Positions 15,097 through 23,404 are shown, counted from the first letter of the stretch. The stretch is DNA of 40,391 nucleotides from an uncultured Mycoplasmatota bacterium (GCA_900551925.1 URXR01000002.1:1-40391); one strand, 5' to 3'. Program-made: numbers and translations. The notes: generated by a model from the sequence alone, not told the origin.

Positions 15097-17283
15097 TTGG
15101 GGGGGGGGTACTTTTACAAACAATTAAATAAAGATGTAAAAGAAATAAACAAAGTATTTCTATCTTTATTTAGCATGGGAATAATACTTGTTGCCATATA
15201 TGTAGGAGTGAGCATAACAAATAATTCATATGCTTTATTTACAGATACCCTAAAGGGAGAAAAAACTATCGAAGTAACAGTTCATAATGAATGGAATTTT
15301 GGATTTACTGGTGATGAACAAACTTTTATTGTACCCAAAAACGGCTATTATTATATAGAACTCGGAGGGGCTCAAGGAGGTTCCAACTATAGTGAAATTG
15401 AGTATGGAGGAAAAGGAACTATAACAAGTGGTTATATTTATCTTAATAAAGGAGAAACTTTGTACATTTATGTTGGAGAAAAAGGGAAACACGGTAGTAA
15501 TGTAGATCCCGCTTATAATGGTGGAGGCGGCCAAGGTGATGGGGTACTTTCCACTAATTTATATGCTACTGGAGGAGGAGCGACCGATATAAGGCTAACT
15601 AATGGAGATTGGGATGACATCTCCTCACTCATATCCAGAATAATGGTCGCTGGAGCTGGAAGTGGCTCATATGGTTTTTATACAAAAGGTGTTCCTGGAG
15701 GAGCATTATATGGTAATAATGGGTTAAGAACTTTAACGACTTATGAGACTTATGGGCACGGAGCAACTCAAACCAGTGGAGGTTCCAAAGGAGAAGTTAT
15801 TAATGCTGGATTGGATTGGTATGGTTCCACTGATGGAGGTTTTGGCTATGGAGGTGAAGGGCCTCTTAAATACGGAGGAGGAGGTGGCGGAGGCTACTAC
15901 GGTGGCGGAGGAGCCGGAGTTTCCTCAGCCAATGGTTCAAGTGGTGGCAGTGGTTCCTCATATATCTCAGGCTATGCCGGAGTAAATAGTGTTGAAGAAA
16001 ATACGACAATAACTCATACCAACCAAACTCTTCATTATAGTGGTAAATACTTTATCGGAGGAAAAATGCTTGAAGGACAAAATGAAGGCCATGGTTATGC
16101 TAAAATAGGATTTATAGGAGAAAAACCAGAAAAGAAAACTACTAAATTAAACAATGTCAGATATATAAAAAATTGTATAAGCCATAATAGTGTATATGAT
16201 TATAATAACTGGCTAGAAATAGAAGCCATAAAAGATGGAATAAATATAGCCAAAGGAAAGACAGTAACAGGAACAACTTCAGAACACACTTCATATCCTT
16301 ACTCTAGAATAACAGATGGTGATATAGATTATGAAAATTTTGCATCACCTTCAAGCTCTGCCTTAAATCAGTGTGTCACAGTAGACCTAGAACAAGAATA
16401 CAATTTAGATGAAATAGCAGTATGGAATTTTTTCGGTGATCAAAGAACTTATTATAACAATACTACCTCAGTATCAAGTGATAATCAAAACTTTACTGAA
16501 ATAATAACCGGAAATGCTATGCTAGAAACTAGCAATGGTCATAGAATAAATGCTTATACAGATACTTATAATGGTTACGTTTCAGATAATTTACTATTGT
16601 GGTACGATGGTTATGCTAACACAGGAACAAAAAAAGATTATACTATAGCAACTTGGAAAGATTTAAGTGATAATGATAATGATGGAACTTTAACCGAAGG
16701 AACTTGGGAATATGATAGCTTATTATTGGACGGAGATAACAATACAGTAGAAACTAATCTTGATGCTAAAACAACTTTGCCAACCGATGAAGATAGAACT
16801 CTAGAAATAACTTTCAAAATAAATAGTGTTCCGTATGATGAAAACACAAATGGCTATACCGGAGTTTTCTTTGGAGCAATTAATTATGGAGGAATGGGAA
16901 TAACTTGGATAAGAAATGTTTCCGCTAATTCTTATTCTATTAATGGTGTTACTAGAGCTAATGAAATAAGACAAGTAAAAATATTACACCAGACTTATCC
17001 CACTAAAATTATAACTTTAACCTATGTAAATAACCCCTCAAACAATAAAATACTATTTTATTTAAACGGAGAAAAAATAGGAGAAGATTTAAGCACAACA
17101 GGAAGTTATCCTAATGAAATAGGAAATATTGGTATAAATAAAGCTCAAGTACCTGGAGGAATAGAAAGTGGTAATTATGCTAACATTAATGTTTATAGTG
17201 CTAGAATCTATAATAAAGCTCTAACAGAAACAGAAATAAAAAATAACTTCTCATATGATAAAGAAAAATTTTATTTCAACTAA
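15097..17283 (+). CDS. membrane-anchored glycine-rich-domain (ALK/LTK GRD-like) protein with discoidin (F5/8 type C)-like and LamG/ConA-like C-terminal domains; native 5' end displaced by the IS
   Basis: TM helix VFLSLFSMGIILVAIYVGV. GRD motifs FGFTGDEQTFIVPKNGYYYIELGGAQGG, GGGATDIRLTNGDW...SRIMVAGAGSG, GGGGGGGYYGGGGAG, GGSGSSYISGYAG, GHGYAKIGFIG. ITDGD...QCVTVDLEQEYNLDEIAVWNF is discoidin-like. LLLWYDGY...ARIYNKALTETEIKNNF is LamG-like. The frame is closed 7 codons upstream and there is no SD before TTG 15097. Confidence 0.75.
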   Translation: MGGGYFYKQLNKDVKEINKVFLSLFSMGIILVAIYVGVSITNNSYALFTDTLKGEKTIEVTVHNEWNFGFTGDEQTFIVPKNGYYYIELGGAQGGSNYSEIEYGGKGTITSGYIYLNKGETLYIYVGEKGKHGSNVDPAYNGGGGQGDGVLSTNLYATGGGATDIRLTNGDWDDISSLISRIMVAGAGSGSYGFYTKGVPGGALYGNNGLRTLTTYETYGHGATQTSGGSKGEVINAGLDWYGSTDGGFGYGGEGPLKYGGGGGGGYYGGGGAGVSSANGSSGGSGSSYISGYAGVNSVEENTTITHTNQTLHYSGKYFIGGKMLEGQNEGHGYAKIGFIGEKPEKKTTKLNNVRYIKNCISHNSVYDYNNWLEIEAIKDGINIAKGKTVTGTTSEHTSYPYSRITDGDIDYENFASPSSSALNQCVTVDLEQEYNLDEIAVWNFFGDQRTYYNNTTSVSSDNQNFTEIITGNAMLETSNGHRINAYTDTYNGYVSDNLLLWYDGYANTGTKKDYTIATWKDLSDNDNDGTLTEGTWEYDSLLLDGDNNTVETNLDAKTTLPTDEDRTLEITFKINSVPYDENTNGYTGVFFGAINYGGMGITWIRNVSANSYSINGVTRANEIRQVKILHQTYPTKIITLTYVNNPSNNKILFYLNGEKIGEDLSTTGSYPNEIGNIGINKAQVPGGIESGNYANINVYSARIYNKALTETEIKNNFSYDKEKFYFN
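15099..15108 (+). repeat. G10 homopolymer within codons 1-4 of the remaining ORF (TTG GGG GGG GGG)
   Basis: Counted directly: two G at 15099-15100 plus eight at 15101-15108. Surrounding DNA is very AT-rich. Confidence 0.95.
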
Positions 17284-17285
17284 AA

Positions 17286-17307
17286 AAGAAGCTCTTAATT
17301 AAGCTTC
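17286..17307. terminator. hairpin between convergent genes, with a T-run only on the minus strand (ferredoxin terminator)
   Basis: AGAAGCT / AGCTTCT stem. The A-run at 17282-17286 becomes the T-run on the minus strand. Confidence 0.5.
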
Positions 17308-17499
17308 TTCTTCTGTAACTGTTATCGCACTAGTAGGGCAATTATCTTTAGCTTCTTCTACTAATTCTTCATTTTCTTTCTTTACAGTACTATTAAGATT
17401 ATAGGCCACTCCTTGATCATTTATATCAAATTCATCAGGAACTAAAGCAGCACATGCACCGCAACCTATACATAGATTTTCAATTATTTTTGCTTTCAT
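17299..17499 (-). CDS. small single-cluster ferredoxin (4Fe-4S or 3Fe-4S type)
   Basis: 66 aa with CIGCGAC...CP cluster-binding pattern (CxxCxxC...CP). Acidic. RBS GGAGG. Confidence 0.85.
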   Translation of the reverse strand: MKAKIIENLCIGCGACAALVPDEFDINDQGVAYNLNSTVKKENEELVEEAKDNCPTSAITVTEEEA

Positions 17500-17578
17500 A
17501 ATTACCTCCTATCTAATTATATAACATTTCTATTAAAAATTAAATATATTTTTAAAATTTTAAAGATTCTTGTAAAGC

Positions 17579-17607
17579 TTGATTTTTAAAATATGATTTG
17601 ATATAAT
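17579..17607 (+). promoter_or_regulatory. sigma-A-like promoter (TTGATT-17 nt-TATAAT)
   Basis: -35 at 17579-17584 and consensus -10 at 17602-17607, 30 nt upstream of ATG 17637. Confidence 0.55.
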
Positions 17608-17636
17608 TTTTATAGTAATATAATAAGGTGATTGAA

Positions 17637-18491
17637 ATGAACAGTAGAATGGATAAATATGTAAATAACAGTACTACTATTAAAAAACGTACACAAAAAA
17701 ATGAAAAATTATATGATAAGGTTTTGGATATGAGTATAGATTACGTAGATATAGATGTAAACAATGCTATTGAATTAAATCCTAATAATACTTCTAAATC
17801 TACTAGGGAAGATTATCAAAAACAAAAAGAGTTAAGTAAAATCTTGCCTCGTAATGAAAAACCAGAAGCTTATGTTAAACAAGAAGTAGAACCTAAAGAG
17901 AATCGTATCTATGATATAAATGAAATTCTTGAATTAGCTCGTAAAAATAAGTTATTCGAGGATTCTGAAAAAAAACGACTTATTAATACTGAATATAATA
18001 TTTTAACTAAGCTAGATATTGATAATTTAGATAGTGAAGATATGAAAAAAGAAGATTTAAAATCTCTAATTAATGATATTTATGAAAAAGAAAAACCTGT
18101 CAAAGTAAAAAAATATTCAAAGAAAGATGAAGATGCTTTATTAAATGATTTATTTGATGATTATGAACCTGATAATGACTTAAAAGAAGAATTACGACTT
18201 CAAGAAGAATTAAGTAAAGAAATATTAGATAAGAATACTAAGTCTGAATCTTTAGAAACCCCAAAAGAAGAAAAACCTAGTAAATTACTAGATGAAATAG
18301 TGGATGAAGAAGACACTAAAAAAGCTAAAAAGAAGAAAGAAGCTGACAAAATAGTAAAAGAAGAAATGACCGATGAAATGATTGAAGAAGTAAAAGAAGG
18401 CAAAGGTCTTCTAATTGCGATAATAGTGGTAGTAATTTTAATTCTTTTAACAGGAGCCTTCTTTGTTTATGAATACTTTTTTGGATTATAA
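17637..18491 (+). CDS. hypothetical highly charged (K/E/D-rich) protein with a single C-terminal TM helix (tail-anchored)
   Basis: The start is moved to ATG 17637 (RBS AAGGTGA). C-terminal GLLIAIIVVVILILLTGAFFVY helix. I recognise no family. Confidence 0.6.
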   Translation: MNSRMDKYVNNSTTIKKRTQKNEKLYDKVLDMSIDYVDIDVNNAIELNPNNTSKSTREDYQKQKELSKILPRNEKPEAYVKQEVEPKENRIYDINEILELARKNKLFEDSEKKRLINTEYNILTKLDIDNLDSEDMKKEDLKSLINDIYEKEKPVKVKKYSKKDEDALLNDLFDDYEPDNDLKEELRLQEELSKEILDKNTKSESLETPKEEKPSKLLDEIVDEEDTKKAKKKKEADKIVKEEMTDEMIEEVKEGKGLLIAIIVVVILILLTGAFFVYEYFFGL

Positions 18492-18512
18492 GCACTTATA
18501 AGTGCTTTTTTA
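18490..18512 (+). terminator. intrinsic terminator
   Basis: AGCACT / AGTGCT stem followed by T6. Confidence 0.65.
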
Positions 18513-18536
18513 ATTATCTAAAAAATAATATTAAAT

Positions 18537-19232
18537 ATGAGAATGATTTTAAAGAATAAACAAAAAACTTTCAGGAGACGAAGAATAATATTTTTAATAG
18601 TATTTTTTCTTTGCTTTGGTTATCTTTTCTATAAAATAAGTGAAAATATCAGTTATTATTATATGAACTACTCTGTAAAAGAAGCTAGACAAATAATAGA
18701 TATTTCCTTAGCTAATGCCTTCACTGATGATGTTTTAGAACTTGTAAAAGATAAAGAATTATATAAAATAACTAAAAACGAAGCTGGAGAAATCGAAATG
18801 ATTGATTATGACACTTATTTAGTAAGTGCTTTTTTAAGAGATATAAGTGACAACATCGCTGATACTTTAAAAGAAGAAGAAACTAATACTGATAGAATAG
18901 CTTTTTATATTCCTTTGGGCTCTATTACTCAAAATCCATTATTCAATTCAAGAGGACCTAAAATTCCTGTTAGAATGGAAATAATTGGGTCAGTTTTATC
19001 TAGCGTTAAGACTACAGTGACCGAATACGGAATAAATAATTGCTTAATTGAAATGGTTGTCGAAGTAGAAGTAACCGAAAAAGTTATTCTTCCAGTAATT
19101 ACAGATACTGTTACTATTGTAAATGAATTTCCTATCTCTTATAAAGTAATTCAAGGAAAAATTCCTACTTATTATGGAGATAGTATCAATAAAAGTTCTA
19201 GTATTTATTCATTACCTATAGAACAAAAATAA
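18537..19232 (+). CDS. yunB: sporulation protein YunB
   Basis: N-terminal TM helix and IPLGSITQNPLFNSRGPKIPVRMEIIGSV...YGINNCLIEMVVEVEV...VIQGKIPTYY, matching the remembered YunB signature (IPLGQVTGN.LLGNLGPKIPVRF...YGINNAL...VQGEVP.FY). No obvious SD, so the start is uncertain. Confidence 0.8.
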   Translation: MRMILKNKQKTFRRRRIIFLIVFFLCFGYLFYKISENISYYYMNYSVKEARQIIDISLANAFTDDVLELVKDKELYKITKNEAGEIEMIDYDTYLVSAFLRDISDNIADTLKEEETNTDRIAFYIPLGSITQNPLFNSRGPKIPVRMEIIGSVLSSVKTTVTEYGINNCLIEMVVEVEVTEKVILPVITDTVTIVNEFPISYKVIQGKIPTYYGDSINKSSSIYSLPIEQK

Positions 19233-19263
19233 AAATTGTGTTAAACTTAAAGAGGTGATAACT

Positions 19264-19545
19264 ATGCTTAAAGAATATGAATTTAATAATAAAAAATATA
19301 TCATAGAAAAAGATGATAATAAAATTTTTGATTATGAAACCATGAAAGATCTTATAACTTCTTATTTTGATGATTACGATTATATTTTTGCAGATGTTGC
19401 TTATAATAAATTAAGACTTAAAGGTTTCTGTGACAAGAATAATAAACTTTATAAAAAAAATAATGATATAACAACACTTGACGATTATATTAAAAATTAC
19501 TGTGCTTATAATTGTAAATGGCTTTTATTAAAAAAACAAAAATAA
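19264..19545 (+). CDS. yutD: YutD-like protein (DUF1027)
   Basis: YDYIFADVAYNKLRLKGFCDKNNK...LDDYIKNYCAYNCKWLLLKK matches the YutD pattern DYIVGDWGY.QLRLKGF.D. The start is set at ATG 19264, 6 nt after AGAGGTGA. Confidence 0.75.
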   Translation: MLKEYEFNNKKYIIEKDDNKIFDYETMKDLITSYFDDYDYIFADVAYNKLRLKGFCDKNNKLYKKNNDITTLDDYIKNYCAYNCKWLLLKKQK

Positions 19546-19566
19546 TTATGAAAATGGGGTTTTGAG

Positions 19567-20514
19567 ATGATTAGTAGTAGTATTGATACCGAAGAAAAAT
19601 TAGCTTTAGGAAGAAAAATTTTAAATTTTAAACTTCCTTTCCGCAAAGATTTATTATATGATAATAAAATCACTTTTGGTTTTGAAATAGAATTTTGTTA
19701 TGCTAGATTTCTTCAAGTTAGAGATGAGATAGACGAACAAAATTTAGCAAATTGGAAGGCCTATAATGAACCAACTGTTCAAGTTAAAGATAAATACGAT
19801 AGAACCAGAGGAGGAGAAGTAATCTCTCCAATTTTAAGAGGAAAAAACCCAAATTGGAATGAATTAGAAAAAATATGTGATCTTATCAAATTTTGTCTAG
19901 GAGAAGTAAATGATAAAACTGCCGGGCATATTCATATTGGATCCCAAATTTTTAAAAACGATAAACAAAAACTAACTAACTTTTTACTCTTATGGGCAAT
20001 ATTTGAAGATACTATAAAACAATTTTTTTACGGAGAATTTATTCAAGGTGATTTCTTTAATAGACTAGCACCAGATTGCCAAGAAGAATTTTCAGTAGCT
20101 AACTATGATTTCGAGAAATTACAAGAACTAAGAAATAACAAATCTCGTGATCTTAAATTTTATAGCGTGAACTTTAAAGACTATAAATCCCCATATGAAG
20201 AAAAAAATAATACTGTAGAATTCAGAGCCATCTGTGGTACTTTAGAACCAGAAATATGGCAAAACAATCTAAATTTTTTAATTCATTTTATAGATTGGAC
20301 TAATAATATTACAGCAAAAGATCTAGAAATTATAAAAAATCAATCATTTTTAAACTCTCATAATCAAACTGAAAATAAATTCGATAAAGCTCTATTTTTA
20401 GCAAATTCTATTTTTACCAAAGAAATAGATAAAATGTGCTTTTTAAAACAATACTTTAAAGATTTTTACCAAAAAGATGCTACCATCGAACGTGTTAAAT
20501 TAATAAATCACTAA
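19567..20514 (+). CDS. amidoligase family protein (glutamine synthetase-like 'Amidoligase_2' fold), function unknown
   Basis: FGFEIEF, GGEVISPIL, AGHIHIG and NTVEFRAICGTLEPEIWQNNLNF match the remembered family pattern GxEhEh / EhVSP / GhHVHh / TxEFR..xGTL. Confidence 0.55.
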   Translation: MISSSIDTEEKLALGRKILNFKLPFRKDLLYDNKITFGFEIEFCYARFLQVRDEIDEQNLANWKAYNEPTVQVKDKYDRTRGGEVISPILRGKNPNWNELEKICDLIKFCLGEVNDKTAGHIHIGSQIFKNDKQKLTNFLLLWAIFEDTIKQFFYGEFIQGDFFNRLAPDCQEEFSVANYDFEKLQELRNNKSRDLKFYSVNFKDYKSPYEEKNNTVEFRAICGTLEPEIWQNNLNFLIHFIDWTNNITAKDLEIIKNQSFLNSHNQTENKFDKALFLANSIFTKEIDKMCFLKQYFKDFYQKDATIERVKLINH

Positions 20515-20643
20515 TTAACGAAAAAATACCAATATTTTTCTCATTTTTTCCTTAATTCTATTGATTTTAAACGAAATAAATGATATCTTATATATGTAAG
20601 CATATTGTGAGCTTATATATTTTTAATAGGAGGTAACCAAAAA

Positions 20644-20916
20644 ATGAAAAAAGTAGAATTAATCGAAGCAGTAGCAGCTAAAGCTGGTATCACAAAAGCT
20701 GATGCTGGAAGAGCAGTTGATGCTACAATCGCTACTATTACAGAAGCACTAGTTAAAGGAGATAAAGTTCCTCTAGTAGGATTTGGAACTTTCGGAGTTT
20801 CTAAAAGAGCTGCTAGAACTGGTCGTAATCCTCAAACTGGAGAAACTGTACAAATCGCTGCTAGAAATGCTGTTACTTTTAAAGCTGGAGCAGCACTTAA
20901 AGACGCAGTAAACTAA
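20644..20916 (+). CDS. hup: DNA-binding protein HU
   Basis: 90 aa. [11 protein letters not shown]...[25 protein letters not shown] is the canonical HU arm. Strong RBS AGGAGG. Confidence 0.95.
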   Translation: MKKVELIEAVAAKAGITKADAGRAVDATIATITEALVKGDKVPLVGFGTFGVSKRAARTGRNPQTGETVQIAARNAVTFKAGAALKDAVN

Positions 20917-20938
20917 AAAAGCCCTTGGCTTTTTTTTT
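20917..20938 (+). terminator. intrinsic terminator of hup
   Basis: AAAAGCC / GGCTTTT stem followed by T9. Confidence 0.75.
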
Positions 20939-20992
20939 GCTTTCTCCTTGTTTTTAACCTGTGAGTTTTGTATAATAAATATGGAGGAATTT

Positions 20993-22090
20993 ATGGATAA
21001 ACCAATTTATGATGTATTAAAACTTTTAGAGGATAATTCTTATGAAGCATATATAATCGGTGGTTATACAAGAGATTTTTTATTAGGGAATCCTACCACC
21101 TTAGATATTGATATAACTACCAATGCTCGTCCTAAAGATGTAGTAAAAATATTTAATAATTATAATGTTAAGTTATATGAATATGGCAATGTAACTTTCG
21201 ATATAGATAATTATAAATTTGATATTACCACGTTTCGCAAAGATATTAAATATAAGAAAAATAGAAAACCCGAAAAAATTATTTATATTGACTCTTTAGA
21301 AGAAGATATTAAAAGACGCGATTTTACTATTAATACGATTTGTTTAGATAAAGATAACAATATTATTGATTATTTAGAAGGCAAAAAAGATTTAAAAAAG
21401 AAACTAATAAGAAGTGTTGGAGACCCTGATCAAAAACTAAAAGAAGATTCACTTCGCATTTTAAGAGCTATACGTTTTGCCACAATGTACAAATTTAAAT
21501 TAGAGCCAACCTTAAAAACTGCTATTATAAATAATAAAGAATTATTAAAAGATTTATCATATGAAAGAAAAAAAGAGGAATTAAATAAAATATTTTGTTC
21601 TAAGCATAAAAAATACGGTGTGAAACTATTAAAAGAATTAAATCTACTTGAAGTTCTAGAATTAAAAAATATTGACAATGTCTTACTTAATAATGATTTA
21701 ATTGGAATGTGGGCTACTATCACCAATGGTAATTACGCTTTTACTAAAAAAGAAAAAGACTTAATTGACAAAATAAATAATCTTTTACATGAAGATATAA
21801 ATGATATTTTTATTCAATATAAATATGGTCCTTATCCTCTTAGTATAGTAAGTAATTTAAAAAAATTAAATACTAAAAAAATTATTGCTAAGTATGAAAA
21901 ACTTCCAATTAAAGATCGTAATGAAATTAATATCACAGCAGAGGAAATATGTACTATTTTAAATAAAGAACCCGGTAATTTTATTAAAGATATTATGGAG
22001 GTTTTAGAAAAAGAAATTTTATTAGGACATTTAAATAATAACAATTCAGATATCAAAAAATTCATCAAAACTAATTTTCAGGAGGTTTAG
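20993..22090 (+). CDS. cca: CCA-adding tRNA nucleotidyltransferase
   Basis: GGYTRDFLLG...DIDITT (GGxVRD...DxD) and RRDFTIN motifs. The start is moved to ATG 20993, 5 nt after GGAGG. Confidence 0.85.
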   Translation: MDKPIYDVLKLLEDNSYEAYIIGGYTRDFLLGNPTTLDIDITTNARPKDVVKIFNNYNVKLYEYGNVTFDIDNYKFDITTFRKDIKYKKNRKPEKIIYIDSLEEDIKRRDFTINTICLDKDNNIIDYLEGKKDLKKKLIRSVGDPDQKLKEDSLRILRAIRFATMYKFKLEPTLKTAIINNKELLKDLSYERKKEELNKIFCSKHKKYGVKLLKELNLLEVLELKNIDNVLLNNDLIGMWATITNGNYAFTKKEKDLIDKINNLLHEDINDIFIQYKYGPYPLSIVSNLKKLNTKKIIAKYEKLPIKDRNEINITAEEICTILNKEPGNFIKDIMEVLEKEILLGHLNNNNSDIKKFIKTNFQEV

Positions 22091-22092
22091 CT

Positions 22093-22737
22093 ATGAAAAG
22101 TGAAAAAATCTTAAATTTACTACAATCTAAAGATTTAATTGTACCTAATTTTTTACTTGCAAACTATAAAAAATTAAAAATAAATGAGAAAGAACTTATC
22201 TTACTTTCTGCACTTATAAGCAATAATGATTTAATAGAATTTAATCCTGAATCATTAAGCAATTTTTTAAATTGGGAAATAAAAGATGTAATGCTAACTA
22301 CTTCTAGTTTATGTGATAAAAAAATAATCGATTTAAAAGTAAAAAAAGAAAATAAAAAAATGAAAGAGTATATTAACCTAGAAAATCTTTATGGAAAAAT
22401 TTTATTAGACTTACTTGAAGAACCAGAAGAAAATGACAAAGAAGAAAATAGTAAGATTTATGATATTATCGAAGAAGAATTAGGTAGAACCTTATCTCCG
22501 ATAGAATATGAAACTATAAGTGGTTGGTTAAATTCTAATATTAATGAAAACCTAATCAAAGAGGCCTTAAAAGAAGCTGTTTTAAACGGCGTTCGTAATC
22601 TTAAATACATTGATAAAATTCTTTATGAATGGACTAAAAAAGGGTATAAAAAGCCATCTGATATCAAAAGAAAACCTAAAAAAGAAACACCACAAGAAGA
22701 TTTATTTGAATATGATTGGTTAGATGAAAATGACTAA
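22093..22737 (+). CDS. dnaD: DnaD-domain replication initiation / membrane attachment protein
   Basis: C-terminal DnaD/DnaB_2 domain (IEEELGRTLSPIEYETISGWL...ALKEAVLNGVRNLKYIDKILYEWTKKG). It lies directly upstream of nth, as in B. subtilis. Confidence 0.75.
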   Translation: MKSEKILNLLQSKDLIVPNFLLANYKKLKINEKELILLSALISNNDLIEFNPESLSNFLNWEIKDVMLTTSSLCDKKIIDLKVKKENKKMKEYINLENLYGKILLDLLEEPEENDKEENSKIYDIIEEELGRTLSPIEYETISGWLNSNINENLIKEALKEAVLNGVRNLKYIDKILYEWTKKGYKKPSDIKRKPKKETPQEDLFEYDWLDEND

Positions 22738-23356
22738 AGAAATATTAGACTATTTAGATGAAATTATCCCTAATCCTAAATGTGAACTTAATTATCAAAA
22801 AGATTATGAACTTTTAATAGCAGTTATGTTAAGTGCTCAAACTACAGATAAAAGAGTAAATATGGTAACCAAAGAGTTATTTACTAAATATGATACTCTA
22901 GAAAAACTTAGTAAAGCCTCGTTAAAAGATATTGAAAAACTTATTTATCAATTAGGAAGTTATACTAAAAAAAGTAGGGCAGTAATAGAAATAGCAACTA
23001 AACTATTAGAAAATAACAGTAAAGTTCCTAATGATAGAACTTTTCTAGAAAGTCTTCCTATGGTAGGAAGAAAAACTACTAGTGTAGTACTAAGTGAATT
23101 ATTTAATGAACCAAATATTGCTGTAGATACCCATGTAGAAAGAACTGCTAAAAGATTAAAACTAGCCCCTCAAAAAGCTACCGTTTTAGAAGTAGAAAAA
23201 GCTTTAAAAAAGAAATTTCCTAAAGATGAATGGTGTAAACTGCATCTTCAATTAGTACATTTTGGTAGATACTATTGTACTGCTAAGAATCCCAAATGTG
23301 AAAATTGTAAATTAAAAAATAATTGTACCTATTATAAAAAGAAAGTTAGTAATTAA
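22724..23356 (+). CDS. nth: endonuclease III
   Basis: HhH-GPD motifs (LLIAVMLSAQTTD, LPMVGRKTTSVVL, VDTHVERTAKRL) and the C-terminal 4Fe-4S loop CTAKNPKCENCKLKNNC. Confidence 0.95.
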   Translation: MKMTKEILDYLDEIIPNPKCELNYQKDYELLIAVMLSAQTTDKRVNMVTKELFTKYDTLEKLSKASLKDIEKLIYQLGSYTKKSRAVIEIATKLLENNSKVPNDRTFLESLPMVGRKTTSVVLSELFNEPNIAVDTHVERTAKRLKLAPQKATVLEVEKALKKKFPKDEWCKLHLQLVHFGRYYCTAKNPKCENCKLKNNCTYYKKKVSN

Positions 23357-23404
23357 TTTTCTTTTTATATTGAAAAAAATATAAAAGAAGTATATAAGGA
23401 GCAA

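Noticed and set aside
15250-16847. ORFs 15250..15534 (-), 15743..15985 (+, alternative frame) and 16638..16847 (-) inside the glycine-rich protein gene
   Set aside because: They lie within a well-supported long frame. The plus-frame ORF is open only because the GGN-rich stretch lacks stop codons.
20976-20995. Identical 20-mer TAAATATGGAGGAATTTATG at the cca start (20976-20995) and the kinase-like gene start (27819-27838)
   Set aside because: It consists of an AT-rich spacer, a consensus SD and an ATG. Flanking sequence is unrelated. It is most likely convergence on an optimal translation initiation region rather than a mobile or regulatory repeat.
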